A DNA stretch of 64,000 nucleotides, from assembly GCF_006345805.1 (NCBI RefSeq), contig NC_042997.1, positions 65,782,001 through 65,846,000 of the forward strand, written 5' to 3'. The translations under genes were made by a program, and so were the position numbers. Origin of the DNA: Octopus sinensis. Lineage: Eukaryota. The notes below the pieces were generated by a model. The model was given only the letters and a program-made list of their open reading frames with translations, was not told the origin of the DNA and did not search any database. Of this stretch, positions 54,399 to 64,000 are shown piece by piece; position 1 is the stretch's first letter, and each line of letters starts with the position of its first letter.

Positions 54399-54460
<62 letters not shown>

Positions 54461-54629
54461 CTTTGGGGCTGGCCAGGTCGGAGCAATCTCAAAATTAATC
54501 AGCCGAAATTGCGAAGATGATCCGGTTTTTGACTGAGATCGAAGGCTTCGAATGACCCGTCCGTTTTTTTGTATCGTCTTCTAAATGTTTTGCGTTCTTG
54601 TCCCAGTTTGTGTTTTTTTACATTTATCC

Positions 54630-54662
<33 letters not shown>

Positions 54663-54789
54663 ATATATATATTATATATATATATATATATATTGATTAA
54701 AACGGTATAAGATAAAAAGAAAGAAAGAGACCTCAATATTATGTAAATAGAGGAAATTATCTATACAATATGTTACATTACTCGGTAGT

Positions 54790-54854
54790 CAGATAAAACT
54801 CTGAGTTTCAGATGCCGAAGTGGAAATCCACAACACCATCTCTTCGGTTATCTG
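54790..54854 (-). ncRNA. Variant hammerhead motif (left pLTR)
   Basis: CAGAUAA CCGAAGA GAUG...CAUC-U GAAA CUC-A-GAG UU UUAUCUG. Confidence 0.6.
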
Positions 54855-56437
54855 GCTATTTGAAAACGTTATGAAAAAATACCGTTAAAAATGAAGGGAA
54901 ATTACTCTGTTATAACTCTGCTTTGCCTGCGTACTTATACATCGCTCGCATTTTTCGTCATAAAAATTATATAAAAATACATAAAAATATATAAAAATAT
55001 ATAATAAAAATATATAAAATCTCTTGGGACATAACACAGAAAGCATGTTCTATCCGTTTTCTTAGGGGACCAAAAACGTAACAGAAATTTAGTCACATGT
55101 GGGCATGATCCGAAAAGCTCTGTCCTTGTATTTAGACATGTGGTAGGGTCTAAGCTGCTTTTCCAGATAAGCCATCTCTCCATGTCGCATAAACCGCACC
55201 TTCCGCTGCCGTTAGTATAGGGCTTACATCTGGCCAAAATCTTCCATTGTATGTTATAATCGACACCTTTATCTCTTAAAGACCAAATATGATTGGATAA
55301 TTGTGTCGCTTTTCTTTTGTTCCAGTGCCTAAAGCTCACAAGTGTGGTTATTGAAACTGGCCTTGAAATTACCTCTGTCAGGCACGTATTTCTTCGTCGA
55401 AACGGTGTCTTTAGTGGTTATAGAGTTTACGGTAGCTTCATATATGATGGTCTTGGAACATGCAAGCTCCATTTAGCGAGCACAATTCTTTATTCCTGCA
55501 TGAACAGCTGTTTTCTTCTTGTGTTTTATAAGCCTTATAGGAAGCCCAATGATAGACTAAGTTATATTAATGTAGGTTCATGCCATCCCCCTATAGTATT
55601 CAAAAATTTAGTTAAAAATATTAGTAAGAGGATTTCTAGCCTCTCATCTAATGAGGACATCTTCAATAGCGTTGCCCCAGTTTATAATAAAGCTTTAAAA
55701 GATAGTGGTTTTAGCGAAAAAATAAAATATACACCTATCACCAGCCCAACAATAAGAAAAAGGAATAATAGAAATAGGAAGGTCATCTGGTTTACGCCCC
55801 CTTACTCACCCAGGTGGCCTTCAATATAGGTAAATATTCCTAGCACTGATAGATAGACATTTTCCAGTTAACCATGCTTATAGGAAACTCTTTAATAGAC
55901 ACAATTTAAAAATTAGTTTTAGTTCAACTACAATTTTAAAAACATAATCAATCATAACATACAAAAAACACAAGAAGAAAACAGCTGTTCATGCAGGAAT
56001 AAAGAATTGTGCCCCTAAATGGAGCTTGCATGTCCAAGACCATCATATATGAAACTACCGTAAACTCTATAACCACTAAAGACACCGTTTCGACGAAGAA
56101 ATACGTGGGCCTGACAGAGGGTAATTTCAAGGCCAGGTTCAATAACCACACTTTGAGCTTTAGGCACTGGAACAAAAGAAAAGCGACACAATTATCCAAT
56201 CATATTTGGTCTTTAAGAGATAAAGGTAGATAGAACATGCTTTCTGTGTTATGTCCCAAGAAGATTTTATATTTTATATATTTTTATATATTTTTATATA
56301 TTTTTATGTATTTTTATATAATTTTTATGACGAAAAAATGCGGAGCGATGTATAAGTACGCAGGCAAAGCAGAGTTATAACAGAGTAATTTCCCTTCATT
56401 TTTAACGGTATTTTTTTCATAACGTTTTCAAATAGCC

Positions 56438-56499
56438 AGATAACCGAAGAGATGGTGTTGTGGATTTCCACTTCGCATCTGAAACTCAGAGTTTTATCT
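56438..56499 (+). ncRNA. Variant hammerhead motif (right pLTR)
   Basis: Stem I AGAUAA/UUAUCU, core CCGAAGA (U4C), stem II GAUG/CAUC plus an extra U, GAAA, stem III ACUC-A-GAGU, site GUU. Confidence 0.6.
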
Positions 56500-56530
56500 T
56501 GACTACCGAGTAATGTAACATATTGTATAG

Positions 56531-56569
<39 letters not shown>

Positions 56570-56659
56570 ATATGGTAGGGCTTCACTAAGTAGACAAGCA
56601 CTGAAACAGCTAAAAGACTAAAGGTAATGTTATAACTTTATACTAAAAACCTCAAATCT

Positions 56660-56790
56660 TTAAACGTTATAATAAAACGTCATATCAGAGCCGTGGAAGA
56701 AAATATTAAATCCAGATATAACAATCATCTTTCGAATTTTAGGCACTGTGATAAGAGACATTCAACGACATTCGTAATACATTCACAACG
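56660..56790 (+). pseudogene. Separate GIY-YIG remnant of a PLE
   Basis: HIRAVEENIKSRYNNHLSNFRHCDKRHST. Confidence 0.6.
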
Positions 56791-57049
56791 TAATCTTACT
56801 AAGTGAGTGTTTCTCTTTCTAAGTAAATTATCCAATGAAATCTAACGAAAATATCGTGTTACTGTGTTTCCCCTACGGATTACAGCAGGGGTATGAATAT
56901 AGTTAGATCAATAAATGCCTATTTACAGTTAGGCAGGTTAAGTTCTTCGAGAGTTGTATGTTATGGCCACAGTCAGAACCTAATGCAGGTAACACCTTTC
57001 AATTGACTCTCAGGAATACTATAAACTAGGAAATTATATAATAGAAAGA

Positions 57050-58952
57050 GATGTTTCTTTATTGGCCACACAAGGCTGAACACAGAGGGGACAAACTACA
57101 AAGTAGGGCTTTTCTTTTTGGGAAGAAGAAGAAAAAAGGGGGTAGAATTTCGATGAAAAGAGATCGCTGAAAAAAGACCGATCAATAGGGATCGTGTATC
57201 TCAGAAATGTCAATGTAAAAAGGGGAAACAGATTAGGTTTATCCGTGGAAAGAAAAGCCTACGGAAAAGACCACGGTAACCTTGGGCAATAATGTCATGC
57301 AAAAAAACACATTACTGTAAGTGACTCTCTTTTTATTTGGTTCATAGGATTATGCTCAAATTGGCTCCGTCATTCACACGAGCCATCCTTGATACATTCA
57401 CCCATCTTTTTTTTTAAGCATTCACTAGATAAAACTCCCCTCTCTACTCTCACCTTCCTGTTCAAGTGATACTTGAAGTTGATGAGAGATTGACCAGAGA
57501 GGAAAGTATTTGCCTCTAGACCTTACAGATAGGTCCATAGGTCTCGGCTCGAAAGTTGTCTTGAGCAGGCGGGTCAGGTATTCTTCGTCGACGCCCAGTC
57601 TCGTCCCGAGATCGTCGTCGTACCTCCCCTCCACTAATCCTCTATAGAATGCTTTGCTTATGCTGAAGTTGCTCAAGGTCGACCCGGGACGGCATAGTTG
57701 CCCGAGAGCAACGCGACACTCGCGGTGCCATTCGCCTTTCCTTGGCCTCTTTTTGATCCACGATTGCAGTTCGGTCATGGAGACGAGCTGCGGGAAAGCG
57801 CGCCTCACAAACGGCGACCACACCTGTTCACCGTCGTCTACGTAGAGCCGGAGATGTCGCTATCTCAGCGCGTATCTCCGCATCATCAACCACGGCATGC
57901 CCAGCCCTCCTTTTAACGGGTGTTGGCAGCAAACGGATCACCTGGCCATCGGGACGCATCCTTTCCACAAGAAGCGGAAGAGAATGCGTTCTAGTTTGAT
58001 GATGGTAGGGTTGGAACAAGGCACGACGGTCAGGCGGCAGTAGATGACGGACGCGATGTACGTGTTCGCCACCTCCACCCACCTTTTAGAGACAGCTTCC
58101 TCTCGGCCCATTGCCAGGTGAGAGTGACCACCCTACTCGTTATCTCGTTCCAGTTCTTCTCCGTTTGGAGGTCCAGACCTAACCAGACTCCGAGCAACTC
58201 GACCGGACCATCGGTCCACCGTTCCACGACGGAGGCGCTGGTGGACGGCATGGATTTGCTTCTCTAGGTGCCGAGCTGCAAGCCCACTGACATTTCCCGG
58301 TTGATTTTCGCTCCTGTTACCGCTTCATAGTCATTCAGTGTCTCGCAGACCAGCTCGATGTGCTTATGGTTAGACACTATGACGGTGACGTTGTCCGCGT
58401 ATGCAGACACACTCGTCCCGCATCCCAATTCTCGCGGGATGCCCTTCAGCGTCGCCAGCTTCCGCAGTAGTGGCTCGAGAGTTAATACGTATAGAAGCGA
58501 CGAGAGAGGGCATCCCTGACAGACCGAGCATGCAATGTCGAAAGGTCTCGATAGATATCCATTTATGCGAATTACCGAACGGATGCCTTTATATAAAACA
58601 GCTATCCAGCTGCGGAAGACGTGACTGAAACCAGCCGCTATGAGGACAGCCTCCAAGTATCGATGGTCTACCCTATCAAAAGCTTTGGAGTGATCCCCAT
58701 TGATGAGGGCCCTACCCATGCCAGGCTCCTTAACTACCCTGTCTATGATGTAGCGCATCACATGGAGGCTGTCATGGATGCTCCGGCACGGTACGGCGCA
58801 GGTTTGCGCCTTGTCGACCAGTTTCTCGATGACAAGCGCCAGATTCTTGGCTAACACCTTGGCCAAAATTTTCAAGTCTGCATTGAGCAGTGTGATGGAC
58901 CGAAAGTTATCTATTACGTCCCCCTTGTTTCTTCAGCAGCGTCGCGGCTCCT
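57050..58952 (-). mobile_element. Tx1-like LINE, 5'-truncated, RT to 3'UTR, zinc-knuckle region deleted
   Basis: NFRSITLLNADLKILAKVLAK; SKAFDRVDH; QGCPLS; YADN. 3'UTR shared with 59047-59520. The 5' junction lies in (TAGA)n. Confidence 0.95.
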
Positions 58953-59046
<94 letters not shown>

Positions 59047-59047
<1 letters not shown>

Positions 59048-60352
59048 GTTTCTTTATTAGCCACACAGGGCTGCACACAGATGGGACAAATTACAAGGTA
59101 GAGCTTTTCTTTTGGGGGATGAAAAAAAAAGAAAAGTGGCGTAGGTTTTCGATCAAAAAGGATCGTAAAAGGGAAAAAAGAAAAAAAGGAAAAAAAGGAA
59201 AAGAAACAAAAGAAAAGAAAAAAGAAAAATGAAGAAAAAAGAGGAAAAAGGGGGTAGAGGAAAAAAACGATCAATAGGGATCGTGTAGTACAGTGTCATG
59301 ATGTACGGTGTAAGGGGGGAAGCAGATAAGGTTTATCCGTGGGAAGAAAAGCCTACAAAAAAGACCACGGTAACCTCGGTCAATATTGTTATATGTTACC
59401 ACATTTGTTTGCAAGTGGGTAACCCTCTATTTTCAATTTCTGGGTTCATAGGATCATGCTTAAGGTGGCTTCGTCATTCATACGTGCCATCCTTGCTACA
59501 TTCACCCATCTTTTTTTAAAACATTCGCTAGACAAAACCTGCCTCTCTACTCTCACTTTCCTTTTCAAGTGATACTTGAAGAAGTTGGTGAGAGATTGAC
59601 CAGAGAGGAAAGTGTTTGTCTCCAATCCTTTCAGACGCGTCTACCAGATACATTCTTTCGCCATAGCCACAAGGATGATGAAAATAGCTCTTCCTTCCCG
59701 TTTGAAGGAAGGGGGCGTGACAATATTGACGATAGACTCAGCTGATAAACCGACTCGTCCCACACGTGACAGCAGTTGTTCGACATAAGCCCACAGGTCG
59801 GAAATTCTTGGACACTGCACGAGTGCGTACAGAACGGTTTCGTCGCTCTGACCGCATCTCGGGCAGGTCGGCCCCGTGTTTCTCGAGCCGTGTCTGTAGA
59901 GCTTATCCCGAACGGGTAGCGCTTCTCGATAGCACTGCCAGGCCAGGGATCTCTGGAAGTTGCCCATGGGCCCTGGCCCGAAAGTCGTCCCGAACAGGCG
60001 GGTCAGGTATTCCTCGTCGACGTCTAAGTTCGCCCCGAGCTCGTCGTCGTACCTTCCCTCCACTAATCCCCTATAGAATGCTTAGGTTGTGATGGAGTCA
60101 CTCAAGGTCGACCCGGGACGGCAGAGTTGCTTGAGAGCAACGCGACACTCGCGGTGCCATTCGCCCTTTCTCGGCCTCTTTTTTGATCCACGACTGCAGT
60201 TCGGTCATAGAGGCGAGCTGCAGGAAAGCGTGCCCCACAAACGGCGACCACACCTGTTCACCGTCGTCTACGAAGAGCCTGAGATGTCGCAGTCTCAGTG
60301 CGTGTCTGCGCATCATCAACCACGGCATGCCCAGTCCTCCTTTTAACGGGTG
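59047..60352 (-). mobile_element. Tx1-like LINE 3' portion with zinc knuckle and complete 3' end
   Basis: GPTCPRCGQSDETVLYALVQCP. The 3' end ...gctaataaagaaac runs into (TATC)n, and the 5' junction is also in (TATC)n. Confidence 0.95.
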
Positions 60353-60672
60353 AGATAGATAGATAGATAGATACATACATACATACATACATACATACAT
60401 ACATACATACATACATACATACATACATACATACATACATACATACATACATACATAGACAGGCAGACAAACGGATAGACGGCTGGATAGACTGGTTGAT
60501 AGGTGGTAGGTAGGTAGGTAGGTAGGTAGGTAGGTAGGTAGTAGGCAGGTAGGTGTGTAAATGGCTGGATGGATGGATAGATAAGTTGGTAGGAAGGTAA
60601 GTAGATAGATAGATAGATACATACATACATGCATACATACATACATACATACATACATACATACATACATAC

Positions 60673-60729
<57 letters not shown>

Positions 60730-60852
60730 CGGAGGGACAGAAGGCAGACAGACAGACAGACAGATAGATAGGTTGGTAGGTGGATAGATAGATACATACA
60801 TACATACATACATACATACATACATACATACATACATACAACATACATACAT
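60353..60852. repeat. Mosaic tetranucleotide array (GATA, CATA, GACA, GGTA, GGAT)
   Basis: Directly visible; source of the long spurious ORFs at 60098-61151. Confidence 0.97.
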
Positions 60853-61910
60853 AGGAAAGAGAAGAATGAAACAAAAAAGAAAAGAGAAAGAAATAGAAAC
60901 AGATAAAAAAGAAACGAAGGGAAAATAAAATACAAAAATTCGATGCTGGAGATATTTATTACTGTGTTTGTGTGTGTATGTGTTTGTGAGTGCTTGTGGT
61001 GTGTGTGTGTATGTGTTTGTGAGTGCTTGTGGTGTGTGTGTGCATGTGTGTGAGTTAGTGCGGGGGGATACGGGGTGGGGCGTATGAATGTGTACGCATG
61101 CGTTGTATGTTGTGTGTGTTTTCTAAAAGATTTACATGATTCTTTGCACAAAATGTCGGCAAGAGATCGTCTGCTGCTACTACATAATATGATCTGCTTT
61201 AAGAAAAGTATCCTAATAGAATGAACGTGATTTCTGATGAATGACTTCTACAAGCGACAAAGATCACTGCTTTACATTTTTACAGTCCACTCATAACTTG
61301 TCAGTGCATGATAAATATTGATATTTGCAGGATTCGAATTCAGCACTATATGTTAATTGATTTCCTGTATTGACGTACGTATTCAGATATTTATAAAAGT
61401 GGTGAAAAATTGGTTGTTGAAAATCCTTGTCAATGAAACAGTTTCTATTGTTACACAGCTGTCAGTTCAGCCTTAACTTTATGATAGATTTCTAGACATT
61501 CCGAAGTTGAAAAGTCCATCGATGTTGAGCATGCACATAAACACCGGTGTGTTAATTAAAGACCGGTTGAGTAAGTAGGTTAGTGAACAGAATATCAACC
61601 ACATGGTTTCAGTGAAACAGAAAACTCTAGCATATCTTTCTGCCTTGGAAATCTGTTTGCATTAATTGTAAAGGAGAGGTACGAAGATAATATTAAAACT
61701 TCATGAGATTAAAACTGCATAAGAGGATTCCAAAGATTTTCAAGTCTATCACGTTATTATAAGGGTGGAGATCTTGATAGTATACAGTGATGATAAAATT
61801 TAGTTACTGTACATTGCATTTTCATGGCGAATGAGCGACACATTTTTTTCTATTTTTTTCCTAAAAAGATCTCTCAAAAAAGTCAGGCCTACATACGAAG
61901 TTGCAGAATA

Positions 61911-62709
61911 CGAGGTGGTATCAAAAGGTTTACGGACCAGTTATGTTTAATAAAAACAATAATTTATTTACCAAAGCTTTAAAATCATCTCCTTCGGAAT
62001 AGTCGTTTTCCGTAAGAGAGTCGAGAACTTTCTGCGATTCGCTTTGGATTTCGACAATGGTGTTAAAATGATGACCTTTCAGCTGCATTTTTATATTCGG
62101 GAAGAGATGGAAGTCTGCGGGTGCTAAATCTGATGAACAGGGCGGGTGCAGAAGCGGTACTATGTTGTTTTTTGGCGAGAAACTCACAAGTGAGGAGGGC
62201 TCGGTTACAGGGTTCATTGTCTTCGTGAAGAATCCAATTCTTCGCACTCCACAGATCCGGTCGCTTTCGCCGAACGTCCTCCTTCAAACGCTTCAAAACG
62301 TCGCAGTTGAACTCTCGATTAAGGGTCTGGCCCTGGGAGACGAAGTCTCAATGCACTATATCACATTCCCAGAGATGATGCTCGTGACAGGTCTTCTGGA
62401 TCGTTCAACGTCTTCCAAGAACATTCTTCCGCTTTTGAAATGCCCGTGTCACTCGAAACATTGCCTCATCGCCGTAAGCTTGTCAAAGCATGCTCCATGT
62501 CTTTGTAGCTTTAACGCAAAATTTCACGTTGGCTCTTTGTTCCTGTCCATGACAAAATTGCAAAGTAGAGCATACACATGATCACAAAAACACAAACTTG
62601 ACAACTTGCGAAATAAACACAACGATGTCACTCGGCACATTACTTCATGTGTGCTGCCATGTGCTGGCGCGCTACAGGACTAGTCCTGGAACTTTTTGAT
62701 ACAACCTTG
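61911..62709 (-). mobile_element. Internally deleted mariner transposon with both TIRs and TA TSD
   Basis: TIRs cgaggtggtatcaaaaggttt.cggac.agt and actagtcctggaactttttgatacaaccttg, flanked by TA. WILHEDNEPC...HPPCSSDLAPADFHLFP.IK.QLKG. Confidence 0.95.
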
Positions 62710-64000
62710 TATATTACACTAAAATCTATGTTTTCCTAAGTATATGCTGCTAAAATTGAGGTGTTTTGATATACCCATGCATATATATATCAACAGATGT
62801 TAAGTTTATCAATGCATATTATGATTTTTTGGAACATGTAATAATAGTAAAACTCAGAATATCAGTCATCCACCAAGAAAAACACATAATATAACATAAT
62901 ATAATATAATATATATAATATAATATAGTATAATATAATATAATATGATATAATATAATATAATATAATATAATATAAGGCAATACAATATAATATAATA
63001 TATGATAGTATATAATTCAATACATACGAACTTATATAATGCGCTTTTTAGCTTGGAAACAAGACGGCGTCTATAAATAATCAAGAGATTAGATTATGTC
63101 AAACATTATTAAAATACATTTTTCAATATGCTGTATGGCATTTAAGAGACATTTTGTCAAGTAAATAAGAAGACAATTTTATAGATGAAATGATCCCATA
63201 TGAATATTGAATAGACAAATATGTTATCATCTTTCGCCTTTCAATCATATAAATATATTTGTTAGCAATGTAATATTTATTGGCAAAGCTGTCTATTAAA
63301 TTTAAATAAAGATTTAACTTCATAGAACGTGTGTGTATGTGTGTATAACAGTTAATTCAAATACGTTTTTTCACCGTTTTTGGTAATTTGTAATTTTTTT
63401 CTCTTTCTATCTGTTCTCTCTCTCATTCTTTCTTCAAAACAGCGTAGTCTTGAAACGTTAGTCTTCATACATTTTTCCTGAGCGTTAAACTAATATACCG
63501 TCTTTGTTGTTCTTTCACCTACCCACATTCTTTGTATACTTTTTGTATATCTTTGAAACATATATGTACATAGGTGTGTGTATGCGTGTGTGACAGAGAG
63601 AGAGTGTGTGTGTGTATTTGTGTGGGGAGGAGGTATATGGCTTAGTAGTTAGAGTCTTGCACTTATTATAGTAAAACTGGTTTCGATGCATCATATCATT
63701 CAGCAAAACACTTATTTTCCGTCCCTCCGTTCCACCCAGATGACAAACATGAGTAATCTTGCGACGACCAGTATCCTGTGCAGGAACTTAATATATACAC
63801 AAGAGAATCCGGGAAAACGGCTTTATTGTAAGCTTATCTATTGTTTTATATACTTTTACACATTTTTTTTTGTATTTTACATTTCACCTTGCATTTTTCT
63901 TGTGCATGTGCGTATATAGACGTGTATATGAACCTTTCTGTGCGCGTATGTGTGTGTGCGCGCGTGTGTGCAGATATGCATATGTGTACATCGTGTGTGT

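Larger units (their letters stand above)
54695..56533. mobile_element. Penelope-like element with an inverted duplication of its 3' part (GIY-YIG and pLTR)
   Basis: Plus strand from 55527: YRKPNDRLSYINVGSCHPP...VIWFTPPYS...CPLNGAC...IIY...KYVGLTEGNFKARFNNH. The left arm 54758-55526 is the reverse complement of 55966-56533; the right arm lacks ~210 bp that includes RCGLC...CPH. Confidence 0.95.

Noticed and set aside
60098-61151. Longest ORFs in the track (258, 297 and 169 aa)
   Set aside because: They are translations of tetranucleotide and dinucleotide repeats (MYVC, IYLS, HT runs) fused to a Tx1 fragment.

Overview
AT-rich, microsatellite-saturated eukaryotic non-coding DNA. The SINE families and repeat content point to an Octopus genome (inference). 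No intact host gene, rRNA, tRNA or CRISPR array is supportable. Most ORFs in the track are translated microsatellites or frameshifted transposon relics. The window holds decayed mobile elements: Tx1/L1, R4/Dong, RTE and RTEX LINEs, Penelope-like elements (PLEs), maT, mariner and pogo/Tigger transposons, a Mutator-like element with a 9-bp TSD, Helentron-type HINEs and tRNA-derived SINEs. The main result is a set of type I hammerhead ribozyme (HHR) motifs that mostly sit in fold-back (palindromic) PLE-terminus elements. One 413-bp palindrome (46929-47341) carries a full HHR on each strand, and one MITE-like 311-bp element (35517-35827) carries a canonical HHR between 64-bp inverted ends. Second, three Tx1-like copies abut (GATA)n tracts, suggesting microsatellite target specificity. 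All structures were read by eye; boundaries given as approximate may be off by tens of bases.
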